Source: Eledone cirrhosa (lineage: Eukaryota). From it: 64,000 nucleotides of DNA. The stretch is from the NCBI GenBank assembly GCA_964016885.1, contig OZ024742.1:93930001-93994000 (forward strand), read 5' to 3'. The notes under the pieces are model-generated. The model was not told the origin of the DNA. It searched no databases and saw only the letters and a program-made list of their open reading frames with translations. Of the stretch, positions 40,735 through 54,445 are shown one piece after another. The first letter of the stretch is position 1, and each line of letters opens with the position of its first letter. Both the position numbers and the translations under genes were made by a program.

Positions 40735-41530
40735 CCCAAGACTCGACTGGAACTTTATTTATCAATCTTGAATTTATGAAACTCAAAATGATGTCAGCAG
40801 GATTTGAACTCGGAGCGTAGTGAGCCGGTACAAATCTGACACATTTTTAATGTGACACCCTTACAGCTCTACCAAATCTTTAGTTTATGTATTCAAATAA
40901 ATCTATTTAAATTGAATCCAAATGAATGGAAAAACTTATTGATAAAAACATTATCAACCACCTATCTTTCGCTGAAGGAACGTCGGATAGAATGCTTTAT
41001 TGTATTCGTTGTGGCTCTCTGCTTTCTGAGTTCAAATTCCGCCGGGGTCACATTTGCCTTTTATCCTTTCGAGGTCGATAAAAAAAGAACCAGTCAAGTA
41101 CTGGGGTCGATTCTTCCTCTATATCTCTTTCTCATTTCCTCTCGAGGAAACTTGCCTCTGTAAGAAATTTCAGGCCTCGAGAAGGATGGGCTCCACCAGG
41201 CTTAAAATGCGCAAGAAACGCAGTATGTCAACACAGTGCCCCTACGACTCTAACGAGAGTTACGGGCCTATACTTAAATACAATACACTCTCTCACCATC
41301 TATTCCGAACTGTTCCAAAGTCACTCACTCAGGGGATTGGTGGAAATGGTAGAGCATCGGATAAAATGTCATGATCATATTTGTTTTGGCTTTTTACTTT
41401 TTGAGTTCACATCCAGTCCTGATCAAATTTGCCTTTAATTTTCAGGTCAGGATTAAATAGCGTAAAAGTCATGTACTGGTGTTGATATGATTGACTTTGG
41501 CACTTCCCACAAATTGTTGGCCTTGTGCAT
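40735..41530. mobile_element. Cluster of three old SINE copies (about 40735-40875 -, 40980-41110 +, 41335-41530 +)
   Basis: B-box and core remnants, e.g. gagttcaaattccgcc..tttgccttttatcctttcgaggtcgataaa. Confidence 0.7.
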
Positions 41531-42200
41531 GATTAGTGCATAAATTAGAGATTATAATGATATAATTCTAACTTGATCTTTTTTAACATGAATTGTATGT
41601 CAGTAGATTGAAAGAAAATTGCAATTTGTCTGTAACAAATCATTAAAATATATAAATAAATATTTACATTCTGAATTTTTGTCTTGACCTCATCATTTCA
41701 TAATGGTTACTAGTTATGTTATTAGCCCTTTGAATCTCTCTCTCTCTCTCTGTGTAAATATAAAGAACACCTATATATACGAATTCACCGAAGGGTAGAT
41801 CCCAGTATAGTACTCTAAAAATGACACTTCACAAGCATCTTTCCCAATGGACATATTCACAGCAGTGGCGTAACCAGCTTTCAAAGCCGGGGGGGGGGGA
41901 TCCGATCTAAAGGGGGCCCACCAATTCCATACGCTCATTTCCATCAGCTGCAAGAAAATATGTTCATACGGGCGTCTAGAATAGATAATTTATAATAGAG
42001 TAGAATACATCATAGATTACAAAGTTAGCATGTTCCGTGAACACTTTATTAACTGCAAAGACGGTGGTCTATCTTCAGAAAAAACAAAACAATATCCAGT
42101 AAAACTAGTCTTGCAATCGATTATTCACAAACAAAAATTCGTATGTGCAACAAATCGTCCATCTAAAACTTTACTTTCACATTCGAGCATATCACTTGTT

Positions 42201-44920
42201 CTACAGTTCTAATTTGCGATGTTTTACTTTAGAAAATTTTTCAATCACGATGCTGAAGTCAATTTTTCAGCCAGTTCTCGCTCTATGTACATCATTGCCA
42301 GAGCATTCAACCGCTCTTCACTCATGGTACTACGCAAATAATTCTTTATCAGTTTGAACCTGCTGAAGGTTCGCTCAGCCTGCGCCGAGCTAACCGGAAT
42401 AGTTATGAACATTTTTAATAAGGCAAACACGTTCGGATAGGCTCTATCTAAGTCATTAGAAATCATAAACGGAACGATCTCAGAACTCGATATGGATTTA
42501 TTTAAACACACTTCCTTGTAAAAATCTTTTAATGATAAATACTCATCGAAGATAGTGTCATTTTCGATGTCACCCTCGTAGAATTTCGCAAGATTATCGA
42601 TTCTCTCTTTATTGCATGTGTCGTCGTCGTCGAAGTGCGCCGGTATCAAGCACGAAAAATCCTTCACTAGACCGTGCAAGTCGGCAAAACGTTCGTTAAA
42701 GCTACTAATGATTCTATCTAGGATAGTGAAATAAACGTCCCGTTTAAAATGCTGACTCATCGTCTCATGAGGTTCGTCACTGGCATTTTCGTCATGAAAA
42801 CGCTTCTTTTTCTTTTCCGTTTTTCTGTTGTAAACTCTGGTTCAACTTGACATTGCTCGGCGAGATTTTTAGTGTCTGATAATGTTCGGTCAAAATATTC
42901 ATTTGAGCGGATTTCTTCAATTTCTTTTACTACATTTTTAATTATGACGTCCGCGGAATATAAGTCGATAGCCTCCTTCTGCAAATATTGGGAAACAGAA
43001 TGCAGCTTTTTAAGTAAATTCTGAAAAAACTTCAACATGAAAATGAATTCAAACTTGCTCACATTTAGTAGCAAACCTCTGGCCTTAGCTAATACTTTCG
43101 GAGAAGTGTTGCGAACATCCCCACTTACTATCCTCTCTAGTGCACTTATTACTGCCGGTAAGTTGTTAATGGTAGCCTCTACAGCCTGAATGTGACTAAA
43201 CCAGCGGGTATCTGAGAGTCTTTTTAATGTTAATACCGTTGAAGTCAATAGTTTTTCTTGTTCTTCTTCGAGGATTTTCAGCCTTGGCAAGCTTGATGTT
43301 AAGAAAACATACAGGCTCTCCAATGTACCAAAAAATAATTTACCATCCATTGACGATTGGCTAGCATCGATTAACACCAGGTTCAGGTTATGAGCACAAC
43401 AATGGACGTAAACAGCTTTCGAAGAGCATCCCTCTTTAACTCTAGCCTGAAGCCCAGAAATATGGCCGGACATATTCGACGCTCCGTCGTAAGCTTGTCC
43501 TCTAATATATTGAGCATCCAAGGAAAGATCCTGGAAAAGAACTTTCACAAGCGTATCGAAAAATGATTCAGCGGCTGCTGATTTTAGTTCACAAAATGAC
43601 AAGAAACGCTCCTGTGCGTGGCCACTTTTCGATACATATCGCAGTGACACAGAGCATTGATCCTGATGCGAAATGTCTATTGTGGAATCGACAATGACTG
43701 AATAGTATTTTGCTTCTTTCACTTCCGTGATTATTTGTTCAGTACATTCGTTCGCCAGGCATTCTATGAATTCGTTTTGTAATTTTGGACTTAAGTACAT
43801 AGGCTGTCTTTTAGTGCGCCCAGGCGAGAAGAAATGGCTTTCCAAGATCGTATCATACTTGGCTATCAATTTCAACAATTCAATAAAGTTTCCTTCATTT
43901 TCTGATTTGGCGCCAAGTCCAGCATATTCCCTGTGACCTCTGAAGGCCAAGCCTTGTTTTGCGAGAAATAATGTACAATCAAGCAATCGCCCCAATATCT
44001 GGCGATTTCGTTCAATTCGCTTCTTCTCTTCATGGATGAGGTTATCGATCACCGTTTTATTTGCGTCCAAACGATATTTTGTCATGAAGTATTGCTTTTG
44101 TGCATTGATGTGAATGGTACTTTTCTCATGATTGGCAATTTTTTCGATTCCCTTTTTGAAGTTTGCCATCCCACACTCTGGATTACCCCAAGTCTTCGAG
44201 TAAGATTCGGCATTTTTATCAGCAAACAGCCAACAACAAAAGCAATATAGTCTGTTGGATTCAGGAGAGTATACTAACCAGTGTCGGTCAACTTCATGGA
44301 TTCCAGCACACTTTCTCTTGTACCAACTGATGTTGAATTTTCTGTGGTTCGAGTCGAGAGGGAAATCAGCAAAATGATCTTTCAATCCTGGCTGACAAGG
44401 ACCAACGGCCATAAGGGCACGAATTAGAGGTGTCGTCAATGGTCTGTCTTCGAAATGTTTCGGGTCGCTTGGATACTTCTCTTGTAAATTCAACATGCAC
44501 TCTACTGGCTCATACTCTGGGATTTGTTTTGCCGATGTAGTTTCCTCTGAATCATTTTCATTTTCAGATTCCGATACAGCTATTTTTTCCTCTATTGAGT
44601 TTGGATCCCCATTTGGAACTATATCTTCAGTGACTACGACAGTTGTTGAGATAGTCGATGGACCTGAGGCATCTTCGACGTCAGGTTCTCGCGACTCTCC
44701 AGTGATTTTCTGTTTCTCCAGTTCATCTGACCAGACCGACTCGCCGGAAATTCCGGCAGTTACATTGGTTTGGGATGCGTCACTACTTGTTGACGAAGAC
44801 TGTTGACTTTTCAGAAAACTTGTGATTAGATGACATTTCTTTGCTGATTCTACCCATGGCAGCTTGTCTAGCATTTTTCCTCTTTGTTGATCCAGTTTTG
44901 TAACTTTTTTTAGGCAACAT
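42201..44920 (-). pseudogene. hAT transposase (TTF zinc finger, DUF4371-like region, DDE, hATC) with three 1-bp frameshifts
   Basis: YCFCCWLF, LAFRGH, VDSTID, QAYDGASNM, HCCAHNLNL, TRW, AERTFS..IKNYLRSTM; frameshifts near 44853, 42810 and 42264. Confidence 0.92.
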
Positions 44921-45045
44921 TCTTAATGAGTACTATATTGACACAGTTGGAATAATGCAATTCGCTTGATTTGATATTCAACACCGAAGAATGTAAAACA
45001 CGTCAAATAATCGACGAAAAACAAAACATAGAGCAAAAGTCCAGG

Positions 45046-45099
<54 letters not shown>

Positions 45100-45300
45100 C
45101 AGATTAATCTACCGGAGTAAACGGTAGTGTCGAATCCGTATAGAGAACCCAATGTAATCCAAATGTGGAAAAATCATAAAAAATACATGTAGTTAATTAA
45201 TAATGTAAAACAATTGGAAGACAGAGTCAAAATAAGACATTGAAAAACAATGAAAAATTAAATAAAGAACATGTTCTTCCTATTAATATTGATTTACACC

Positions 45301-45430
45301 TTAACAGACGATCGTTTCAAGGGATCAGATATTGGCATGTGTATTTTATTTAATATATATATTTTATATTTTACAAATTATACAAAGAAAATACAAGATA
45401 CCTCCATCCGCTCTCTATCGTCAGTGTTGA
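45301..45430 (-). ncRNA. Type I HHR with about 99-nt stem II, in a module (about 45100-45720) inside the hAT
   Basis: aaca CTGACGA ... GAAA cgatcg TC tgtt; GUC triplet. Confidence 0.75.
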
Positions 45431-45901
45431 ATGAAAACTAATTTTATTACAAGAATAAAAAACATATCAAAATATAAAGGAACATTGACCGATGGTATTC
45501 ATTGGCTGGTTTCTAAATCAACAAAATCCATCGGCTGAAAAGGAGATAAAAGATGAAATTCAATGGAAAGCAGTTAGAGGATGAGGAGGGGTGTTACAAT
45601 AGAGGAAGACAATTAGGTCAAAGTTCTGGACAGAATATTTAAGGACAGCAGAATGTCAGATATCAAGTTACAACTTTAGAAAGTTCATGATGAGAACGAA
45701 TATTTTATTCCAACTAAATATATATTTGTGTGTATATACTCATGCATAATTATACTTTTAATTAAATATTAGGTTAAAAAACTGCGTATCGAGAATAACA
45801 TAAGCATGTATTACAACATTTCAAACAAAAAGAATAATATAGAATTTAGATATTAAATCATTTATATATATTTACAAATCAAAGAATATAACAATCGGTT
45901 T

Positions 45902-46147
45902 TTAATGAGATCCCTGTGATTGAGGCAAGGCTACTAATTTGTCAATGTTTGGTGTCAAAGCCGTTAGAGAGAGTCGTAAACCACCTCTTCTTTCTATATC
46001 AAGGCGATTTCCACTTTTAGAAAGCAGATGCATAACCCGACTGAAACCTGACTCAACTAAATAAGATGTGGAGAAAGCAAATAAAAAGAATGTAACGCTT
46101 TTATTCGACTGAATATTCTCCACACATTTTTTAAATGCAGTTGCCAT
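45902..46147 (-). pseudogene. C-terminal fragment of a different hAT (Buster/Charlie-type) transposase
   Basis: FSTSYLVESGFS...NRLDIERRGGLRLSLT..PNIDKL...QSQGSH. Confidence 0.8.
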
Positions 46148-46559
46148 TTTATCCGAAATATTATATTCTTTAAATAAACAATTGGTCTTAACTTCTAGTC
46201 TTATTAGAGATTAAGGGTTTTCTTTAAGTTGTTGTAGTTAAGGATTCGTAATTACATGTGTAATAAGTTATATGTTTAGAATTATAGCCTAGGGGGCCCA
46301 CCTAGACCGAGAGGAAAGCCAGGGGGGGGGGTCGCCCCCCCTGCCCCCCGCTAGTTACGCTGGAGATTCACAGTCAAGCAACCTAAAAATAATAAGCCTG
46401 ACTAAAATTCCATGACCGCAGTTTCGACATATTTATGTATATCGTAATTCAGACCTGGATTTCAACTTCTCACCTTTGGACTGTGATCTTCAAATATCTT
46501 GACCAGCCACCGATCAATAGCGGATTACCTGGACTTCGGATTGCGGCAGTATTTATTAA

Positions 46560-46635
<76 letters not shown>

Positions 46636-46644
46636 GCCCCCCCC

Positions 46645-46707
<63 letters not shown>

Positions 46708-47015
46708 GTGTGTATATATGTGTAGGTTCCTGAGTGATATAGGGAATGGGGATAACCACAGTTAAAGAAGAAAGTACTCAATACGCATAATATATATATA
46801 TATATATATAAGTATGTATACGTACATACATATATGTATACAGACGTACAGTAGTATGTATATATATATATACATACATGCACACATATATATATGTACG
46901 TATGGATTCACCGAACATTTATTATAATGCTCGGTGTGTTTGTAAACAAACATCCCGAATTAAGCCGTAGTATCTAGCAACCATCGTTGCTCATTTGTTC
47001 AACACTGACAAAGGA

Positions 47016-47058
47016 ACGCTGTACTAGTTTCAAGCTTATTAGCTATCGTCAGCAACGT
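47016..47058 (-). ncRNA. Minimal type I HHR with an intact core
   Basis: acgttg CTGACGA t agct aata agct t GAAA ctag TA cagcgt. Confidence 0.88.
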
Positions 47059-47502
47059 ATACCTTCCTGCCAGATGATTGAACGTCTGAAAGTATATACT
47101 CGCCCTATGAATATTAACGGCCGAGCAGCCCAATTTGCACATCGAGTTAGACAATAGGCCGGGCGCGCCGAAAACGATAAACGGAAAAAATGAAACGAAA
47201 TTTCATTTCTCATACATACTTATATTTAAGTAACAGCCGTACTAAGAGTTTTCCAGCCAAATGTGATGTATGTTAAATATTGTGCGTAGTAAAGGCAATG
47301 ACTGCAATAATGATGACTAAGATGTTGATTTTGTTGAAATTAATAAAGAATTATATTAATAAAGATTATTGTTATAATAATAACCTTCAGAATATAATGT
47401 AGTGGATCAATGGTTACAATAATATTGATCATAATGTTCAGGAAGCTAATTTATAACTATGGCGAAGTTAATAAGGAAAAATCATAATAATAATAATAAT
47501 AA

Positions 47503-47684
47503 TAATTGTTTCTACTTTAGGCACAAGGCCAGAAATTACCCAGTGCATTACTGGTACTTTATTTTATCGACCCCGTAAGGATGAAAGGCAAAGTTAACCT
47601 CGGCGGGATTTGAACTCAGAATGGCAAGGGCCGTAACTCTATGCGTCAAAGCATGGCGTCCGACTCTCTACCGATACTGCCAAT
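47503..47684 (-). mobile_element. tRNA-derived SINE in (TAA)n
   Basis: Matches the consensus. Confidence 0.9.
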
Positions 47685-47959
47685 AATAATGATTTCATTT
47701 ATTAGTCACAAGGGCCGACATGTAGGGGACAATACAAAGACAGGGACAGTGGGGGTTTACAATAAGGTCGAGTAAAAGTGTACAATGGCAAGACTAATTT
47801 AACAATGTAGATATACAAATATAAAATAGACTATGCATAAATATAACAAAATAATTTCCCCGATAGGGGGTGGACGACTCTGGTGTGACTCGGGTACCCC
47901 ACCAATTCTGAACCACCCTATGTTTCTAGGACACTCAGGGAGAGTACCCCTCTCCTCAA

Positions 47960-50900
47960 GTTAGCTAGCCTATAGGCGCATGGTCAGAGTAGGCCCATTC
48001 ACACGAGCCATTCTCGCCACATTCATCCACCTTTTAGCAAATGTACTGGGGGGCAGCACTTCTCTCTCCACCCTCACCTTCCTTTCTAGGTGAAACTTGG
48101 AGAAGTTGATGAGGGATTGGCCGAAGAGAAAAGTGTCTGTCTTCAGTCCTTTTAATCTGGTCCACCATATAACCTATTTCGCAACTGCCACCAGACAGAG
48201 GAACATTTCCTGCTCTTCCTGACCTAAGGAAGGCGGCGAGTCGATCTTCATTATGGACTCGGCCGATAGCCGGATACGTTCCACACGCGACAGTAGCTGT
48301 TCGACATAACTCCACAAGTCAGTAATGCACGGACATTGGACAAGTGCATGCAGAACGGTTTCGTCGTTGGGCAGGTCCGTCTGACAGCACTTCCGTGCCT
48401 GTAGAGTTTATCCCGAACCGGTAGTGCTCCCCGGTAGCACTGCCAAGCGAGGGATTTCTGGAAATTGTCCATCGTCCCCGGCTCGAAAGTCCTCCGGTAC
48501 AGACTGGTCAGTTCGACTTCGTCGACGCCCAAAGTATCTCCGAGTGCGTCATCGCACTTGCCCACCACTAATCCTCTATAGAACTCTAGAGTGGAAGTTC
48601 CACTGATCTCATTACCCGCTTGGTAGAGGGAAGCGAGTGCCTGGCATCATTCCAGGTGCCAGTCACCCAGTCTCGGTCTCTTCTTGACCCAGGACTCCAG
48701 CTCAGTCAAGCAAATGAGCTGCGGAAAACGGCGACCACACCTGTTCACCGTTTAGGCAGAATATCTGGAGATGTCGCAGCCTCAACGCATGTCTGCGCAT
48801 CATTAGCCACGGCATGCCCAGCCCTCCAGTAGAGGTTGCTTGCAGCAGATGGACCGCCTCACCAACGGAACTTGTCCCCTCCACAAGAATTTGAAGAGGA
48901 AGCGTTCCAACTTGACGAGACGCGGACGGGGGCAAGGCACGACGATCAGGGGGTAGTAGATGACGGACGTGATGTACGCATTCGCCACCTCCGCGCGACC
49001 TTTCAGTGATAGCTTCCTCCCAGCCCATTTTTAGGTGAGACTGGCTGCTCTGCTCGTTACCTCGTCCCAATTCTTTTCTACCTGGAGATCTGGTCCGAAC
49101 CAAACCCCGAGCAACTTTACCGGTCCGTCCGTCCAGCGCCCCACGACGCTGTTGGACGGCATGGGCTTGCCTCTCCAGGTTCCGAGCTGCAAGCCCACCG
49201 AATTTTCCGGGTTAAGTTTGGCTCCTGTCAACCTTTCATATTCCTTCAATAACGTGCCGAGCACCTCGATTTCTGAGGTGTTCGACACCATCACGGTGTT
49301 GTCGTCCGCATAAGCCGACACCGTCTTTCCACGTCCCGGTTCGATCAGGATGCCCTGCAACAGCTCCATCTTCCGCAGTAAAGGCTCGAGAGTCAATACG
49401 TACAGAAGGGAAGAGAGAGGGCACCCTTGACGGACCGATCTGAGAGCCGAAATGGTTCCGAAAGGTGGCCATTAACCTTGACCACCGAGCGTGTGCCGCT
49501 GGGCATTGCAGCAATTCAGCTTCTGAAAACAGGGCCGAAGCCTGCTGATTTGAGGACAAACTCCATATACCGATGGTCGACCCTATCGAATGCTTTCGAT
49601 TGATCTAAATTGATCAGTGCCCCACCGAAGCCAGGTTTACACCCTACCCTCTCTATGATGTATCGCATGAGGTGGAGATTGTTGTGTATGTACCTGGCTG
49701 GGATTGCGCAAGTTTGCACCTCCCCAACCAAATCCTCTACGACAAGCGCCAATCTATTTGTTAACACCTTGGCCAAAATCTTAAACTCTGTGTTGAGCAG
49801 AGTTATTGGCCTGAAGTTGTCTAATGTATCCCTCTTGTTCTCGTCTTTCCTTATCAGCGTCTCCACTCCCCAGCTCACAGAACTGGGAATACTCCCATTC
49901 TGCTGCCAGTTGCAGTAGAGTGCTTCGAGGAGATCGGAGAACAAGTCTGGCATATTTACGTAAGCTCATAGGGCGGGCCATCCAAACCGGGTGACTTGCG
50001 CCTCATGCAGCCGACAAGGGCGTCCTGAATTTCGGCTGAAGAAATCGGCCTTTCGCAGCGCTCAGTGTCGAATGTCGAGATGCGCGCAAGCCATCAAGGT
50101 AGGGACTGAAATCTGCTACTCTCTCTGACTCGCCACTCGCCACTCTCCCCGAACAACCGAGCAAAGTGCTGGCGAAATGCCTCACACATCCGCTTGGAAT
50201 CGTTTTTCTCGTGCCCGTCTCGGTCCGCCAAAGACCGAATTGTGGTTTTATTACCACGCTGCGCCTCCGCCACGCGGGCCCATCGAAAAGCTTTGGTTCC
50301 CCCGTTTCTCAGCGCACGCGCCTTAGCTCTGACAATGCAACCTTCGTGTTTCGCATTGAAGAAATGGTCCAATGCCATTCTCGCCGCTAGCACGTCAGTT
50401 GCAATACCACTACAAATAGCCTCGTCTAACTTATCTACCAGCTCCCACTACTTTCTATTTTTCTCTAACGCTAGTTCTTTGCTGAACTCTATCGAAGTTA
50501 TTCTAATCTCTCTTTTGAGAGCCCCCCCCCCCACAATCTGTTGTTGATGATCCCCCCTGTCAACTTTTGCTTAACTAAATTGTTGACTAGGTCCCTGTAA
50601 GACTTGCATGCAGGATGACATGTTCAGCTTCCAGTAACCCGGTCCTAACCTACGCGTTTTATCTAGGTCGACCTTACATATCACAAATGTGTGACCTGAA
50701 TAGGCGAACGTTTTAAAAAGTGGGCAGCCTACACTATTTCTATCTATTTTCCTAATGAAGATCCTGTCTATATACGATCTAGATGACCCCATTCGGTTGG
50801 TCCATGTCCATACTGGCACATGGGGAAATTTAGTCGATACCTGTCAGACAGTTGGAACTGGCTGAGTAGGTGCTTGAGGCTTTTGTACCCCCCCCCCCCC

Positions 50901-51380
50901 CCGCTCCTATCGGATACTCCCACACAATCCCAGCGTGCGTCTAAGATGCCATTCCAGTCCCCCGCTAACAGTAAAGGGCGAGACGTACCCAGAAATGTCT
51001 CCAGGCGCCTAAAGAAGTCCGGTCGTCCTGCCCCTGTAGGGGCGTAGACGCCAAGCAGTCTAAAGGCACCACCTTCGCTACTGCTCACATCCAAGACCAC
51101 CAACTTACTGTCCGGGTCCCGGAAGATCGACCTTACGTCGAGATCCAGTATTTTCCTAAACAGCATTGCCACCCCACCTCCCATTCCCGGCCTGCTAACA
51201 GATGAGAAGATCTGATAGTCGTCGAAAATGGGGGCTAGTGAGCGCATGTCGGAAATTCTGGTCTCGCTGACGGCAATCACATCCATTTCCAGCGACCTGA
51301 GGTCGTTGAGCAGGCGACCCTGCTTCCAGGGTGACCCCAGGCCGCGAACATTTAAAACTTCCTACTCTTAATATGGCTAT
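47960..51380 (-). pseudogene. Tx1 ORF2 (APE endonuclease, RT, C-terminal zinc-finger region), frameshifted
   Basis: NVRGL, SET, VYAP, GDWN, SYIDR, YWKLN, NFRPITLLN, LDQSKAFDRV, AYADD. Confidence 0.9.
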
Positions 51381-53395
51381 GTTGGCAAGCTAAAAGAGAG
51401 AGGGAAGGTTTACTCACCTCCCGGGTCTTGTGAAGGTCGGGTGGTTCGACCTCCATGGTTGGTGGGGTTTCTTTTGGGAACCCCTTTAAAAGTGTCGATG
51501 TGGGTTTCACATTCGAGGTTCCCACGTCTTGAGGAAAGCTATCTCGAATTTCTTTGAAGGAATCGAGTGACATTTGGACCAGAAGCAAATCTTCTGGCAC
51601 GCAAAATGTGCTCATTTCAAAGATCTCCCCCTCTGTTTGAATGTCCTCGCTTCGTGCTAAGAGGGCCATCAGTTTATCGTATCGTTGGCCCTTCTGACAA
51701 GCACGAAGTTTTTAACATTTTGTTGATGTGGTTTTATTTGTTTTCGTTTTGATGACTGTGGTGGTGATTGTTTTGGTGGTGTTGTTTCGGGTATGTCTGT
51801 GTTTGTTGTAGGTGTGGTGTCTGCAATTTCAGGTATTTGTGTGTTTATTTGTACTTGTGTTTGTTTAGGTTGTTTGCGTTTCGGGGATTGTGGGGGTGGT
51901 GTCGATGTTGCTGTTGGTGCTGATGTTATTGGGGCAGTGTTTGCGTTAGTGGTGTCTGTATTTTTTGATGTGTATGTTTTTGTGTTTCGTTGGGGCTTTT
52001 CTTTTGGTGAGTTTTATGTTTTTTTTTGCACTTTTGGGTTTTCCTTCATCTTCGCTGCTGGAAGACAAAGGGTCTGTGACTGTGAGTGTCTCTGTGCCTG
52101 TGTGTACGTTTATTGTTTTGTCTATGTGTATAATTGGTGGGTAGGGGGAGTCGGAGAGCTTTCCTCATTTTCCCCTTGGATTGGTTTCGGTGGTGGTCCG
52201 GCTGTTTTTTATGTTGGTGTCCGTGTCATTGTTGGTGTTGTTTTTGGTGGTGGTGGTGCATCTTTCCGTGCTGACACTGGTTGGAAACAAAGGAGGTTTG
52301 CGACCCCCTGCATTTTTGCGCTGAAGGCAGAAGGCGTGCAGATGCGTTGCTTCCCCGCAGACGAAGCAGTGTGGCCTTCTTCCCTCAGTGATTAGTTGGA
52401 TTGTTGACCCGTCCTGTAGGCGAGCAAAATCCGGGATGTTGTTCATGTCCTCCGGTTTCATTTGGAGAAGAATCTCCAAATTCATGCCGGACCAGTCCTC
52501 TCTCTCTGTCATTTTGATATCCAGGAGGGTAGTGTCTGTCCCCTCCTCGATTACGCATCCCAGCAGCCACCATATGTTCATTCCTGGTGGGATGCTGGGT
52601 ATGCGGACCTTTACTGTCCTTTTCCTCTTGTAGGACGGGTGCATGATAATGCGTTCCGTTCTTCAGGGGTCACCGAGTGCTTAATAGCAAGGGCCTCGGT
52701 TTTGAACAGTACCGAGATGGTACCGAACCGTTTGGCTCTTGCTTTGTACTCTATGTCACTTCCGATGCACTCCAAAGCAGCCTCGGCCTCTGCTTGGGTG
52801 GCAAGTTCCACTTTTCGTGTCTGCACCGAAATGCATCGAAAGTACACCGTCCTCCTTTGCATGGCCGCTATTGCCCCGTCCGGGATGGTCACGTTTGCCC
52901 AGGACTTCTCCCGTTTAATTAGCCTCCACGCCTGGGCCAACTGTTCGTCTTTATCGCTAATATCAATATCCAATAAGCGCTTTGTTTTTGCTGCTGCTGC
53001 AGCAAATGTGGTGCTTCTGATGCTCTTGTTGTTGGTGTTGTCGTTCTTGCTGTTGTTATTGGCGTTGTTGTTGTTTTGTTTGTTGTTGCTATTGCCACCG
53101 CCATCCGTGTTTACATTGAAGATGTCGGTGTTATTGTCGTTGTTGCTCTGAGTTGTTGTTGTTGTTGTTGCGGCGGTGGCGGCGGTGGCGGCGGTGGTGG
53201 TGGTGATGTTGTTTTCATATGATACTGCGCTAACACAGAAGGTTGTGATGGTAGCTTTTGAGTTTTGCCTTCACATTCAGGAGAGTGGACGACAGGCATG
53301 ACTGTAGCCGTCGTAGTTGTGGTGAAATCTACAGTGGCTGCTTTTAAACTTTTGACCTGAACATTGTTTACCGTTTCAAGGTAAAAAATTTCCAT
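51352..53395 (-). pseudogene. Tx1 ORF1 with CCHC knuckle and low-complexity T/Q/P regions, frameshifted
   Basis: CFVCGEATHLHAFC. Confidence 0.8.
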
Positions 53396-53598
53396 TTTTT
53401 TTTGGAAGTTTTAAAAATAAATCTGAATATTCGGACTTAAAGCCCCAATATTGAGAGGTATCACTCCCTTGAAACCAAGATGTGTACCTTATGTTTCGTT
53501 AACGACAAGAAAATACAAAAATTGATACTTTAAAACAGCTTAAAGTTACGAACCTTTTCGCCCGCAGACTTGTACTGTCTTCACACATGTGCGTCCAT

Positions 53599-53640
<42 letters not shown>

Positions 53641-53644
<4 letters not shown>

Positions 53645-54430
53645 TCATTATTAACCACAAGGGTTTACATAAAGTAGACATTAAGGACAGTACAGGACAA
53701 TACAGGACGGTACAAATGGGCATTTCTGCGTGTAAAAAAAACAAAAACAGGATGTAACAAAAAATAAGAATGAAAAATTCCCCAATAGGGGGGAGACTTC
53801 CGAGGGACATTTGTGGAGAAAGCCCATTAAAAGGCGACAGTGACCCTGACCACCAGGGCAAGTGCCCTCTCCAAGTTTTCCACGTTTAATTTGCAGACAC
53901 ATACTCAGAGTAGGCCCATTCACTTGGGCCATACTTGCTTCTCTCACACAACTTTCGACAAAATGCTGGGAAGAGAGCACTTCCCTCTCTACCCTGATTT
54001 TCCTTTTCAAATGAAATTTGAAAAAGTTAATCAGGGCATCACCGAAGAGGTAAGTGTTCGTCTTCAGCCCTTTCAAACGTGTCCGCCATACTATCTCTTT
54101 CGCCATGGCCACCAGACAGATAAAAACTGCCTGCCCTTCCCGGCTAACGGAAGAGGGCGGGGCAATCCTCACGATCGACTCAGCTGATAGCTGGATCCGT
54201 CCTACACGTGACAGCAGGTGTTCGACATAAACCTACAAGTCAGCAATGCTCGGACACTGGACGAGTGCGTGTAGGACGGTTTCGTCGCCCTCCGCGCATC
54301 TCGGACATGCTCGGCTGACGGTACCTCCATGCCTGTAGAGTTTATCCCGAACTGGCAAAGCTCCTCGGTAGCACTGCCAAGCCAGGGATTTCTGGAAGTT
54401 GTCCATATGCCCCGGCCCGAAAGTTCTTGC
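53641..54430 (-). mobile_element. 5'-truncated second Tx1 copy from a related subfamily
   Basis: Homologous to 47690-48490; AMAKEIVWRTRLKG..FFKFHLKRK. Confidence 0.85.
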
Positions 54431-54445
54431 GAATAATAATAATAA

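Larger units (their letters stand above)
41863..46365 (-). mobile_element. Complete hAT DNA transposon
   Basis: 8-bp TSD attcacag (41855-41862, 46366-46373); imperfect TIRs cagtggcgtaaccagc / gctagttacgctggag. Confidence 0.92.
47690..53597 (-). mobile_element. Near full-length degenerate L1/Tx1-clade LINE
   Basis: ORF1 and ORF2 remnants, bounded by (TAA)n on both sides. Confidence 0.9.

Noticed and set aside
42757-44874. Host ZMYM1-like gene
   Set aside because: Intronless and enclosed by TIRs and an 8-bp TSD, so it is a transposon
46408-46460. Minus-strand GAAA ctgcgg TC with a stem II-like hairpin
   Set aside because: The 5' core reads ctgaatta and stem I is poor; at most a relic
51793-53151. 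Plus-strand 200-aa and 229-aa hydrophobic ORFs
   Set aside because: Antisense shadows of the low-complexity Tx1 ORF1
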